This document shows positions 50,301-64,000 of a stretch of 64,000 nucleotides of DNA, piece after piece. Below the pieces are notes generated by a model, which searched no databases, had not been told where the DNA came from, and saw only the letters and a program-made list of their open reading frames with translations. The translations under genes were made by a program, and so were the position numbers. The stretch's first letter is position 1. Each line of letters starts with the position of its first letter. The DNA comes from Raillietiella orientalis (lineage: Eukaryota): assembly GCA_036172245.1 (NCBI GenBank), contig JAYWIR010000007.1:2976001-3040000 (forward strand). Reading direction: 5' to 3'.

Positions 50301-53300
50301 AAGAGTGATTCGATTGCAGAAATACACATTCGGAATCCGACAAGCTGGTTTCAGACTTGCATTCGCCCTCCTTCGACCTCAGGTGCAAGAGTTAGGCACA
50401 CGAGACCCATTCAGCTATGAGACTTTGTGATCGTGACGTCAGGGATCTGATGACCTGCGTAAGTGCTGCTTCCGTGCAGAGAAACATCTCTCAGGAATCC
50501 CATCCTCCACCTATTTTGTGAGAACTGGAAACACTCCCACAGCAAGGTATAAGAAGGTATTATTGGGATCAGAGTGAGGGAACAGAATCCTGGCCTGGAA
50601 GCTGATGGCTGATGAATTCTTCCAGTTGTTACGTGAGAACAGAAGAGTAAGTTGCCCCCCTTTGCTAGTGGATTAGGATGTGGGGATTATCAAAACAGCA
50701 GCATGGATGTCTTGATATGGAAACTGGAGAAACATTGGATTACGTTTCTCATACGCCGGGTGTCGAATCCGAAGTTAATCGAAAATGAGATTTCAAGATT
50801 AAGATGGATCTCCGCATAGTAAAATGTTCGCCGAGGTATCGTCTTCTAACTTTCTAGAAAGAACGCTGCAAGACAATACCGACGTGGACCAGTGGTCTGC
50901 GAGCAACACACTTGGATTCCCCAAAGATTACAGTTTCCAGATATGCAAGGCTCTTCGGCCCTCTATGTAAATATTTGGATGAAAAGCATGATTTTGAATG
51001 ATGTTCCTAATAAGAGGAAACCTTATGTTGTAAGATACTATGGGAAAGACTGTTCAAACTAGAAGAGGAGACCACGAAGCTGATGCATTTACCCAGTGGT
51101 TTCAAAACCAAGGTTACACAGGAGACAAAAAAAAAAAGCACATGTAGGGGGCTGCAGAGATGCTAATGCGGAGACGCCGAAAAATTTGTACAGCCCAGTT
51201 GATTCACTCAGTGATTTTGCCCATGAGGGGAACGACGAAGATTAATTTAAGCAGTGAAATCCCTCAAAGACCCCCCCAAAAAATATCGCATTTCGTGGAA
51301 GATGCTGCGCTGATCGAATCGGAGGGAAAAATCAATGCAAGAATAAAATTAGCTGTGTCATTCGGCTAATCAGTCTCCTCTAAGACAGCGCTTTTCTTTG
51401 AAACGGAAAAGGATTTTATGTGGCACGTCCCATGCAAAATTCCTCTCAGTCGAGGCTTCTTCGGCAACAGCATGTCTCCCGGCACCTGCTCAAGAGATGT
51501 GCTTTCAAGAAGTGTTTTTTCGGAATCTTCTCGAGCGTTTCGTTTGCCGTGAAAGACTGAGGGCTGCAAAAACACGAACCGGCACTCGCACACCCATTCA
51601 GCATAAGCTTGAACGTGGAGCGGACAGATCTTTTTTTTTTTTTTTTCCCGCAAGATTCATCTTTCAACTGTTCCAGTGCTGCGTAAATACGAAGAGAGGG
51701 TAGGATGAAATGCGTTTCCTCCAGCTGAAGTCTCCATTTTTCTTCAGGAGCGCGGGTCGCATGCAATTCTGGTGCACACCGAACATCCAAGAGTTATTTC
51801 GCAGATCTGCCTTTTCCGCTCAACTTACTGAGGTTCCAGAAGATCTCGGTTTGACGAGGGGGAAAGGTTTGTTTTGCTCTTCCCTCGAGCTGCCTCTTTG
51901 CACTCTCTACAAATGTTGAGTTTTCATTATCTCACTTGTCACGTTGGTGACCTTTGTAGTTTAAGGACTGAGGAATGCCGATTTTGATCTAACCGGTAGA
52001 AATGAGCGTCATACAATTAATGAACATTCCCTAAGAGGATGACTGCCTATAAATAGGAGTTGGGCTAGTCCAATGCCGGGTTTCCAGTTCAATCCATTCG
52101 AACGTATCCCTTTTCTCTTTTTGTACTTTAAAAAAAAAGAAAAAGAAAAGGATCACACATGGAGTCACTCCAAATATTGTTAATTTACCAACCCGGTCTT
52201 AAGGATCTTTTTTTATTAATTCTCTGAGCACGATTTCCATTAATATTCTTGAAGTCCGTGTGGGTTTTCCTTTAGATGTCCATACGAATAATGCAGCAAA
52301 CTTGCCTTCCCTTGTACACAGCAGAAAATTCTAGTGTTATGGTCAGGCATGGTTTCATTAGACAATCTTCTTAATAGCTATTTTTACCGCATTTTGCTTC
52401 TTTGTTATTCATTATCACTGCAATGCTTTGGTATATTTGCCGTCGTGTTGTAATCTTTGTACACTCTTCTTCGAAGGACCCTAGAATCAGCAGACTTTTC
52501 TCCATCATCTATTCGTTAGCTGCCCTGATCGCTTTGGAAGGATTTCGATTCAAAAGGTGTTAAGAGATCCTTTTCTAGAGAAAGGGAGTACAATTTCGAT
52601 GAAGGACTTCTTCCTGACTCTTTGTAGTGTACATTCTGGGTGTTTGATCCGAGTGTGTAAAGATGAAATGTACGGAGGCCTCGTTTGAAACTTTCCGATT
52701 TCACTCTAAATTTTATGATTCCTTAAGCCAGTCTATCTAAGGAGAATAACTTTCTAATGATATTTGGATAGCTGTTCTTTAAATTTAGTTATCAAGGACT
52801 TTGACTGAGAGTCTCTGACGCTGCACACACATCTTATGGTGAATCGTGTGCAGTGGTCAACAAGTAAATAGAATATAAGTAATAAAGGAGGAATGAAATT
52901 ATCAGCAACTCAAATGAAGAAATATAAGATTTTTTTTCGCCCAATTTTGCACAGAAATTGAATTCATCGATTAGATAATAATTGCTATGTATTTTGTAGT
53001 AGTGCACACTATGTTAGATTTCAAATACACGCAAACATGCATACATGTTCTGTAGTAACATGAACGCAATAAATTAATGTGCATAGATACATGAAAATTC
53101 ATTAAGTTTGGGGGTGACACAGCATAATCATCAGGGAATAATTACTGATCAGCTTCGACAGCAGTAATTGATCCAGCTATATCATCTATGTACGATATGC
53201 ATCTGGTTGCATGCATGGGTTACGCTTACGTGTATTCATTTTTCTGGAAAAGGTGTAGCGAACTTGTACATTGCCTTTGTCATTTTGTGATCTACCGAGA

Positions 53301-54320
53301 ACAAGAGAGACACAGATTAAGAAACTGGCAAAATCTGGTGGTGCTCGAGCACACACAGCTTTTTCAGTCGTACACTATGTGTTTGGTAAGTAGTTGACAC
53401 TTGGCAGAATTCGGTGACCGCATACTTCCACTGGGTAATTTCCAAGTTCACTCACAGACAGCTCGCAGTCTCTCACTGATTTCCACTCTTCTTTGTACTA
53501 CGCATCAAAGTGCACTTACCGGTGACATCTGGGAGTTTGTTTTCGTACCAAGGAAACTGGTCAATGAAGAACGCCACGCAGTTCCTCTAACAGCTTTGGG
53601 ATTTCGAAAGAAATTTCCAGTTGGCTCTTTTATCGAGAGTTTTGCAGGGGAGCTCATTCGGATTTTCTGATGCTTCAAATGGATCGGACTCTTGACCTTG
53701 TACGAACTCCATTACTCTCACTTTGCTTCTTTTGAGGAGTTGGAAGGACACCAAAAACAACGGTGGTTTACATATGAGTTTGTCAGCCCGGAGAAATTAG
53801 AATGTAGCAGCGTTATGCGTCTACCATGCAGAAGCTTCTTGAAGATGTAAAAAGCCACGCACTCGAATGAGCTTGAATTCATAAAGCTCATCCTGAGGAT
53901 TCCTTCTGGCATAAGGATTTTCACAAGCATTCAAAGCAGCTTTCTCATACAGATATCCAGAGTTATCCGGGATCTGGTGTGAAGTTCCTGGAAACATTGC
54001 TTGGTTTCAAATAGTACGCGCCATCTTCGAATTTTTCTAATGATTGTCCTGCTTTTGAATTTCTGGAGGCTTTTCCTATGATAAGCTGGAATTCTTTCAG
54101 CTACTCAGGAGGACTGTAGCGTTCATGTGGGGCAAGGAGTACTACATGAATGCGTCCGCAGTATGGAAGCATTCTCCATGCCCTCAGCCGCCAAAACACT
54201 CGACATAAGGTGTTGCGAACATGTGAGTAATGAGGCATCAATGCTTTTTCGTCACGTTATTAAGTGATGCAGTAGGAAGGGAAGCTGACTAATGGAGACG
54301 CTCTTCAAAAACCATTCATC

Positions 54321-54392
54321 CCCTTAGGGGCTTACGAAGCTCTTTAACACTGTCCACACCACCCGAGGGTGCATGTACCTTTACTCTTCAGG
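54321..54392 (-). repeat. Short copy of the second repeat family (copy 2)
   Basis: taggggcttacgaagctctttaacactgtccacaccacccgagggtgcatgtac..actcttcagg closely matches 18221-18284. Confidence 0.7.
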
Positions 54393-56359
54393 CGAAATTT
54401 GAAAAGGAAGAAGCCGTCCGGATCTTATTTTTGCTGGAAGAAGAACAAGTGCTCTGCCAGGAGCTTTGGATCAAAACTGCTGCTCAGATTTTATTAAACA
54501 CTGAGAAACTCGAAAGGTTGCTGAATGGATATAAATAAATGGATCGCGGAATAAATGGATGAACGCATCAGAAAAATCTGTTCACTTCTTGGATCATTCC
54601 GCTCCCTTTCGCGCTCAGAGGGGAAAAGCACAGACTCCACTCCTGACACACGTGTGCCGGCGAAATCAAGACGTGGCACTTGCCTTCATGGTACGGCTGC
54701 TCTGTAAGCATCCCTGTTGTCTCAAGGATCGCGATCAACAGAGTGTTGTAGAAAGGATTTTGATCCGTAGGCGCCCCCTTTCGTTCGCGGAAACGGAAAG
54801 GTCACACCTCCTCTTCGCGAGACGCTTGACTGACAAAGAGGAGCCGCACCATGAAGGCAAGTGCCACGCCCTTCCCCGGAAGGCACACGACTGAAAGATT
54901 TTTTCCTTTTCATAGAAGTCTTGGGTCTCACTGCGAAAGCTTCTTAGGATTTCAGTGACTTCCAAGTTGCCCACAGTGAGGAAGTAAACTGTAATGATGG
55001 GGTTTTGCTTCCTGCATTGCAGTTCATCAGTAATTCTAGCAGGGGGTGAGAAGGGAAAACTGCCTTATCCCACGCCTGTGAAAAGGTAAAAGCGTTCTAA
55101 GAAAAAATAAAATGAAATTCGTTTAGGCACTGTGAACGGGGCTGTCCACACTCATCACGAACACGGACACGTTGAAAGGGAATTTATTCGGAAGAACGGA
55201 ACGGTACAAGTTTGGCATCTACGGATTTGACTCGGCGCTGGACTTCTGAGGAGATGCGAATGATTGATTGAAAATGAAATGAGATCCTCTGAGATGGACT
55301 CATCAGATTGATTCATTGGCCGCTCATCCGCCTTCCAGTTCAGAGGTATCATCCTTGCAATTCTTTCTTTGTACAGTCCAGCAAGTGCGTCAACTTGTCT
55401 TCTGCTTCGTGTACTCTCCTCCGTTGGCTAATTCATCCTCTGATTAATCGGGAATCCTCTCATCTGGAATCCTTTACTCTCTACACAAATACAAAGGGGT
55501 TACGAAGGCAGAGTTGATCTCTCCGGCGTTGAACCAAACCATGTCTGGAGGTGTCTGCCTTGCGGCGAAGCGTTCGGAGCAAAAATTTGTTGGGAACACG
55601 GAAAGAAATTCTCACTTGGGTGGCGTCCGCTAAATTTCCTCAAAAAGGGCGATGTTTACTGCTTAGCTTCGTTTGCTGTTGGAGTAGGAAGGGGGCTGGA
55701 ATCTTCGAGAAAGAGCAGTCGGGGTTCCCTGGGGGGGGGGGGGAAGGATTCACCTTGAAATTTACTTTTCCGATTTTCTCTTGATGGTTTTGTGGTTTGC
55801 AGGATGTGTGATGATGCAAAACCCATTGCGAAAATTAATTAACCTTGCGTTTCGGCAGTTGACCTCGTTGACAGGTCCGGACCCTCTTTGGCATTGTTTG
55901 CTGCGACGGGAGACTTCCTTCTAGTAACAAGGTCCCGGAAACGGAAAGTGGGATGATCGACAGCAAAGAAGAAATAGCGACCACGGGGGGAATCCCGCTG
56001 TTGACCTCCTCCGAAGCGGTTTCAGATATTCGAGCTTTGTGCTTTGGGCAGGACCTAGTGAGCCGAATCCGTGGACGGGAGCAGCACCTTGCATTCGGGA
56101 GCGATTCGGGGTCTGCCGCGATTTGCAACCCCCCTCCTCGGCTGTAGGGCCCGGACAGGGAGGCTGACTGGAAAAGGAACGAAAAAATTGGCGAGTTTCA
56201 TTCCTGCGGAAATTCCCTGAAGAATTTTTAACACTGGAGCAAATCTTCCTGGAGCCGCCACTCGGTCCGGTTCCCCTGCTGCCCGAAGAAGTTGGCAAAG
56301 GTGATAATGGAAATTCCTTCGAGCTCTACTTTTTTCTCTGTTTACTTCCAGATTTCGCT

Positions 56360-56870
56360 TTTCTTTTCGTTTTTTCGGGTTTTTTTGGGAGGGGATTCTC
56401 TAAGTACTCAAGGGTTGCTTCCTTCCTTAGAAGGATCTCACGAAACCCTTTATCTGCTATGGAATTTGTAAAAGCTATCTGCTTACTGCCTTGAAGTTCT
56501 TTAACACTCTCCACCACCTGAGGGTGGGTAAGACCCCTCAAGTCAAGGAGATACCCCCCGACTTGAAGAGTTGATCACTCTATGAATCCAGGAAGGTTCC
56601 GAAGGAATAGTCCGTTCTTCCTGCGATTGCTAAGGAACCTCGAAGGGAGTCTCCGACCTGCTTGTCTGCGAAAGGAACTCCGAAGGGACGCTTGCAGATA
56701 TTTCTGGAGATCGTTCCCTGAAGGGAGCAGCGCGGCTCTGATGCTCTGAAGGGGAAAACTCGCGAAGAGGGGTGGGTATCAACCAGTCCCATGGTACGCG
56801 ATTTTGCTTCATTTTCACAACTGGAGGGGCAGCCCCAAAGGGGACCGTCTCCTTTATTTCTGGGAGGAAC
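56360..56870 (-). repeat. Diverged copy of the second repeat family (copy 3)
   Basis: T-rich tract, then ctaagtactcaagg, ctttaacactctccaccacctgaggg, ctcgaagggagtctc and gccccaaagggga in the same order as in 18198-18510. Confidence 0.55.
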
Positions 56871-59800
56871 TCGGAGGGTCAATTCCCAGTCCCGTTCAAT
56901 CAAAGGGGGAATTCAGCTTCACATTAGTGCCGTATGCGAACTCCGTGGGCCAGCCAGCGTCGTCCTGTGGGGAAGGGGGACTCAAAACCCAGAACGCACC
57001 CATTTTCCATCTTGCTACCACGCGCGGAGACAGTGACCCTACGGTCGCCAATGCAGGCTTTTCAGTTGCAAGAGGGTGAATGAGAAGCAAACGAACGGAG
57101 CGAAGGAACCCTATCAAAAAAAGGCCCAACCATCATCCACAATGCCAGATCATTCTCTCTCTCAAGCGACCGGGATTCCGGTGCTGTCCTTGAATCCATT
57201 CCTGAAGCAAGGTGCTTCCTTGCCGCTTGCTCGTGTCCTTGTCCACTTCCAAAATCCAATGGCGAATTTAAGGATTTTCTCGGGACTGCCATTCGCGAGG
57301 AGAGTTGAACGGGTGGAGACTGTGGGATTCCTTTGGCTAATGAAGCGCCCCCTTGGCGTTCCCGCAGCGCAGAATCGTGGGTCTCTCCCCTTCGCGGTTT
57401 TACGAGAGACTCCCGCAATTTCGCATGGAGATGACTGCGGTTATCTATTCTGCCTCTACTGAAATCTCTCCGGTGTTGTGCTGTGGATGCACCATGAACA
57501 GGGAGAGCGGAGTTTTCGGTGCCCAGTTCCGTTCAAGGGATCAGGAACGAGAGGTGGGCATTGGAGAGCGAAGCAAAAGGCAGCCGTAGTCTTCGTCATC
57601 TCACACACATGCTCTTCTGAGTTCCTTGGCTCTGGGAACCGATCGAAGCATTGAAAGCACTTGGCACTATGGACAGGCTGTATGAACAGAACTAAGAAGG
57701 CTCAATCAGTTCCCACCACAGAAACACTGCGACATCGTCCAGTCTCTCCACGACCGGAGGACCTTTTTTGCTTTTCAGCACTTTTTACCCAGATGCAGAT
57801 CCGGCACTCCGCATGTCAAATTCTGTTCTGCTTCTAGAGAAATGGAGCACTGCCTTGAAGGTCAAACGGCTTCGCGTCCTCTCCTGGAAAGCTTCCTCCT
57901 CCTTAAGATCTGGACCATGGTTTCTTGCAGCTGCTGATATCAGTATCATATTGGAAAATGCAAATTCAGCATATGGACGATGCCTGTCCATGTCCAGTTT
58001 CTTCAGCACTTGGGGCTTTTGCAATAGATCGTATGCGCGTTCAAAGCACAATTCCCTTCCAGAGGAACCCTAAAAGATCAAATTGTGTTTCCGATAAACG
58101 AGTGTTTTTTCATAAGCATCCCTAAAGGCAAATACTGTCCTTCGATGAAAAAAGAGAAAGCACTGAATTTCCCAAAACATTCATGGAGGATGGCTAACAT
58201 AATAGCCTCGAATTTTCGATGAGACACACTCATTTTACATCGGTGCAGAAGAAGCAGCTGGTTCAAATCCGCAAGATACCTCGTACATTCCTTACTCCAT
58301 TACCCAAAAAAAGGAGTTCAAGGGATTGAGGACTCTGAGGGCATTCCGAAGGAAAAACAGAACCCTTCTCAAAAATTGCAGCAAACTAAAAAGGAACAGA
58401 TGAAACCATATGACGCTGACGTATGGAGAGCATAAATGATGAGAGCCATCTTAGAATTAGATTAGAATCGCTTCGGGAATCTGAAAATAAAAAGTCGAGT
58501 CACCAAGGAATAGGGATGCATGTACTTCAACACTTCAGATTCATTCTTCTTGCAAGGAAGAAACAAAGTTTCCTCCGTAGAAGCCTCACTCTTTCCAGGT
58601 GGTTTGTTCATTGCAGCTTGCTGTTAAGAAGTAACAGGAGCTCTACGTCAACAGTATTTGTAAAACAACCAGAGTCTGGGAACATCGGCTAATTGATTTC
58701 CTTCGATTGCTAAGCGTTTCCAGGAGGAAAATCCTACAAGAGCTTCCATTATCTGCGCTCTGGACTATAGATTCTACGACATCGAATGGAGAATAAAAGG
58801 ATCTTGTTGACTTGTTTCCGGCTCGAAGAGTGTGCAGAATTTAGAGATGAGAAACCTTCGTCGTCTGTCTAGCTCAGGTGTTGAACATCAGATGAGCTGG
58901 CGCGTTTCCTCCATCGTCGCACAGAAGCGCCGATTTTTCGTGTCTGAGAACACCACATTCTAGACAGACACGAAAGAAAATCATTTTGTCTTTGGGGGCA
59001 AAGTGTTCTGGTCTGGCTGCTGCTTAAAGGCAACTCCCAAAGAATTATGTCGTCTCTGTTTTCTACTAATGGCCAGTTTCTTCAAAGAGAATCCTTTGAG
59101 CTGTACTCACGACCAAAGTCAGAAAGACAGACTTCGAAAAAAGAATACGTTTTGTTCCTTCACTAAGGTGCGTGACCATCCAGTTATCTTTTTTGCAACT
59201 TTGGAGAGCTATTCTCAGGTAGCAATGTTGATCAGATTACTTTCGAGTGATGTTGTTGACTGTGGTCTCGAAAGGCGGCCCGCTTGGCTAGCATTTTGGC
59301 CTGAGATAAATCGAAATACCAGATACTTAGCGCCTATAAGCCTTTCAGAAACCTCAGTGCTGGTTGGTTCTTCCTCTGCACATGGGGACACAAAATTATG
59401 TTTCGAAAATCCGGAATTTACTAAGATCTAAGGTAAGGATTTACTGCAGTTTCCACCCCTTCCTTAGCAAATTCCTGAAAGCCACCACTTTCTATCCATT
59501 TCTGCAGCATTGAGAGCAGTCCTGGTTCGCGAAAGCTCTGTAAGAGGCAAATGGCCCCTTCCTTGGCTGTAGACTTTGCCTCATCCGCAGCCGCTTTCTC
59601 TCGGCAGCGATTCAAACGCCTGAGACCGTCATCTTCCTCGCAGCGCGGGTCTCAAGACGGATGGCCGTCCTCTGCCGCGTCGTTCGGAGGGCGTCTTCCA
59701 GCAGCAGCACCGGCTGACGCACGCTACCATCAGTCTGCTGCGAATCTCCGGCCACTTCGGGAGCACGCCCGAGGCGTTCGAAGGGGATCGAACGGGACGG

Positions 59801-62800
59801 CAGACCAAATGCAAAGATGCCGCTGCCTCCACGTCAGCGAAGGACAAGAGTGAACGAACATGGGGAACTGGGACGACCCGGACGAAGTTTCAGTGAGGAG
59901 AGCTGAGGATTCCTCGACCAGACGAAGCGCATCACGGTTGCCTCCAGCATCCAGCATTGCTCGATACATCGGTACGTCTCCCAGAAATAAACGAACGGAG
60001 ACGAGGAGCGCTCGCCGGCCTATGCAGATGTGAACGGGGGCCAACGAGAAGACATCTCGTAGCATGGCACGCATGGAACAGAAGCGTAGGCGAAACATAG
60101 ATAGGCAGGAGGAGGTGAAGATGGAACGAACCTCCTCTTTATTCCATGCCATCCTTCTGTTTGTCTGATGGGAGAGCGGGCTCGAAGTTCCTGCTGTTTC
60201 GAGACATTGGAGTCGTTCTCGGTATGCCAGCGAACCGGCGGCGTCCATAGGAACCGACTCTTGAGCCACTGATGGAAAGAGGACGGGTGCTCGTTGAGGA
60301 CCTTTTCGTTGGAGTGCTTTCTGGAGCGCCGGCGTGCTTTCCGGTGCTAACAGGGTGTATAGTGCTACCCTTTTCTTAGGAGGAGGTAAGGTCGTAGAAG
60401 CGACTTTGTACAGTAAGTGCTCTTTGACTGGCTCCTCCCGAGCATGTCTCATGGTTCATGCGCCGACAGGCCATGAGGGTCCCTCAAGGAGCCAGCCATG
60501 TCTTCGTGAGCTCTGTTCGTTCGCGACCCCATTGACTTTTTGATATCTTCGATCAAGGAGCTAAAGGAGCTATTCACAGCGGTCAAAAATATGTAACAGC
60601 ATCTCTTCGAATCCTTGGCATTCACGTTAAGATGGTTCTCCATTCTGTCTGATACCCTCATGGACAAGAGATGAAGACGTATGGCAAGGGTGAAATTGCT
60701 GTCCACAAAACGTTGATGGTCTTTGCTGGTGAGAGAGAGCTGCTGGTCGGAATCCTCCCAGCCCTTCCCAGAGATATAACGGAAAACTGAACTTCTGGTG
60801 CGGGGGCGGCTTCGAAACAGGAATGCTCAAAAGACGGCAGGCACTTGGTTTGAGAAAAATTCGGTGTTTCTGCTGAGGTCATCTGTCGATTTGTGTGAAG
60901 AAAACGAAAACGTCTGCAGATTTCCCATACCGATCCCGAGAAAAACAAGGAAACACAACCTTCAGACTACGAGGAGCTCCTCGATCCCAGTCATCCACCA
61001 GCTTGGGCTGAAGAGAGAAAAAGTCTTTGCGTTGTGTTGTACTGGAGAACACCAAAGACGGATACGGCGAGGAGAGATTCCGGAACGGACTAAGCTTTCT
61101 TAGACGCATAATCTGGATGGAGCAGTCTGAAAATGATGCGGAAAATGCAGTTTGTTATCTTGCAGATGTAAACACTTCCCGGAAGAAAAAAGCTGCACGA
61201 TAATCATCAGAATAAAGTGGGAAAATAACAGCACAGGTTCTGTTCCCGAAAGTTATGAACGATCACGGAACACGAAACATCGCATGCAAGCTTGAGGAAA
61301 GGAAAGCAGTTTGCATTAGAAAATGTATATCATCTATCTTTGATTAATAGTATGAAGCATGTTGAGGATAATGGAGCTGAATGTGGTATGCTCTGCGGTT
61401 CTTTTATTGAAGAGAGACTACCAGACTCTATACCTTCATTCTGAAGATAACTGGCTGGATTTCTCTGTTTGTTCTCTCTCTTCTCCGCAATCTGAGACAA
61501 CTAGACTCCGAAACTGTCTTAGAAAGGTCACACGCGACTGAGAGCTATTTTTGAAACCATCCTTATGCAGCAGTGCTATGTCAGAAGAAGTTGCTGAAGG
61601 AAAAAGAAGCAGCAGACTTCCTAGTCTGCATTGAAGCAAAGGAATCAGAAGTCGAATTTCCAGAATTGCAACAGATTTATCGTCTGGAGACGCTGACTGA
61701 AAGATTCACCACAGCGTGTAGCGGTAGAAGAGTGCTCTGGCGTCCAGCAAAGGCAAATGGGTCGTTTCGTTTCGGAGACGACAAGCAAATCGGAGCGGCA
61801 AGAAAAACAAGTGACTCTTCGACGTTCTTGGCCTCCAGCAATAAGAACAGACGACGATTCTTGATTGAAATGAGGCCATTAATCTTATTTCCGAGAAAAA
61901 AAAGAAGATCCCCAGCAACTGCTTGCAAATGTTCCTCCTTTCTTCGGAAAGAGAGCTCTCTTTGATTGAAACGTTCGAGGAAGAAGCTTTCTTCCATCAT
62001 TTGAAGTGAGTTGTGTGAGTATTGCAAATGCAGTCCCGTGGACTCAACTTTGATTCTCGGTAAAAGATCGAGAAGAGAAGCGAGAAGACTCTGGTCAGCT
62101 CTCAAGGTCTCTTTCGAGCTACCACTCTTCCATGATTTATCTCTGAGAAAAAAATTTTTAGAACTATCCCAGTTTTACTTTCTTTGAGGGAGGTGCGTAA
62201 TTGACAACATCGGAAGTACAATTTCCTATCTTGGCTTTGCTTTTTTTAGATCATGAAGCACCCCTAGTTTTAAGAGATTAGGAGTTTGCAATTTTTAATG
62301 AGAGTTAATTTTTTATCTCAGATTGCTAAGAGCACGAGCCATGGTTCCTTTGTAATCTCCTTCTTTACAATTCATCTTCACAACTGTAGAAATCTCTTCC
62401 GGAGTTCATGCATCCTTGGTTCATTATGCTCCGACTAGTTGTTCGTCAAGATTTATGGTCACAAGTTTATACAAATTTCTTCTCAGATGTATCCGAAACA
62501 TGGAAAGACATCTTTCTTCTTCTCCCATGTCCATATGCTCATTTCAATCATGTCCACCTTTCACTGTTGCTTATCTTATCGTTAATTGGAATTTATGTCT
62601 TCACGAAAAACATATTTCTCTGCTTCAAGATAAGAAGCGCTGAAGCAGCCGAAGGACTTTCCGTTACCTGGACTGAGTCATAAGTCACAAACCGCCGTGT
62701 TCTCATAAAAAAACATTGGCATCATGACTCGGGGCAGCATTTAGCTGTACCAATTTTTTTGTGTTTGAATAGAGTTCAGGCCAGCTATAACCGCAGTGCT

Positions 62801-64000
62801 CACTGCATTCGACCTTAAGCGAATGAGTATGTTCTTTTAGAAGAATTTTAACATTTGGATGTACCTGAAAAGCACATCGTTCTCGAATAAGTTCATGTTC
62901 TTCGCTCGAGCACTGCGCTCGCCTTGAATGACCTTTGCACTTTTTGAAGAAAGAAACTTCAAATAACGAATTGTCAGGGAATGTTCAAGAAGTGCAAGAA
63001 TCCATTGAGCTGCAAATGAATGGGAGATGCTATCATCTGTGGAGTGCATCTTAATGATGGCTTAAGCCAGATGTATCTAATTCTCTGGTTGAAGTGGGAA
63101 AAACACGTGCAGAAAGATGACAAAACTCGCTTCATGTGATGTTTACATCCCATGTGTCATGCCATTTATCGGCGATCTTCTAAGGAAGAAAAGAATGTGT
63201 GTGCTGATGCCGGTGCTTGCGTTAATCCTTTGCTTGTTTGATCCCTTGCGTCTCCTATGATTACGGTCATATCAAAACCTTGGAAAACTCGTGAAACAAA
63301 GTCTGCTTCTGGGAATATTTTGATTTATCTGTACTGTGGAACACCAAGAATTTGATGCTTATAGTAACCATGCATTCACAGAGGCACGAAACAAAGATAA
63401 AATCTTAAAATGGAGAACCGCTTTCTATGTTTTAGTTCCTTAAACAGTGTTGAGTATTCGAGCAGCCTCCCTTCCCCATTCTTGAGTGGTTTAAACCTCA
63501 CAGAGACTTCAGTTTGCTCTTCCGTAAAATCGTGGAGCAGTGACATACAGGCCCGCTACTTGCAGGCTTCATTTGTGCATTCTCTGTCGTATCTTGGAGG
63601 CCTTTAGTGTCTTTTTTTTCTTCTTTTTTTTTTCTTCTCCCCGAGCGAGGGACCTCTACTCCATGGAAGGGAATAGCAGCTTTGTAATGTTCTTAGGGCA
63701 TCTGACAGTTTCATTTCCTGCCGCCATGTGGTTCACTGATCCATGACAAGATTCGAAAGATAGAAGAAGCAATCATCATGCTATCTACTTATCAGATGTG
63801 TGCGTTGGATGGTGCCGCGAATCGATACCACGAAACAAGAGGAAGCTGAGTCAAGGTGGGCGCATCGTTTAAGTGAAGTCACACGCCTTCTCAAGGTATG
63901 CTCCTTAAGGTAGCATCTTCAGGTCCGATTCTTAAGGTCGCTTGCAAGTTGATTTTCAGACTTACGAACGCCCTTAGGTCCGGAAATTCATGAGAAGTAA

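Noticed and set aside
1..64000. CRISPR arrays, operons or other prokaryotic/phage systems
   Set aside because: No regularly spaced repeats and very low coding density; splice signals, LINE debris and the 28S fragment show the DNA is eukaryotic.

Overview
Eukaryotic (animal, probably arthropod) genomic DNA; there is no sign of prokaryotic gene organisation, and most entries in the ORF track are chance ORFs. One host gene is recognisable: a + strand u-shaped/FOG (ZFPM-family) zinc-finger GATA cofactor. It comprises a large terminal exon (about 7158/7173-9241) and a small upstream exon (4598-4711) that the ORF track misses and that encodes the first CCHC finger. Several of its expected fingers look eroded. 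In the remaining ~54 kb I recognise no host coding exon. That stretch holds nine 5'-truncated copies of one L1/Tx1-like non-LTR retrotransposon family with a conserved 3'-UTR stem-loop, and remnants of a second unidentified repeat family. It also holds an isolated ~310-bp 28S rRNA fragment ending near the protostome hidden-break site, a near-identical ~145-bp direct repeat bracketing a 2.9-kb segment that ends in a 12-bp hairpin, and microsatellites. All calls come from reading the sequence by eye; no searches were run, and repeat boundaries are approximate. I found no convincing novel multi-gene system.
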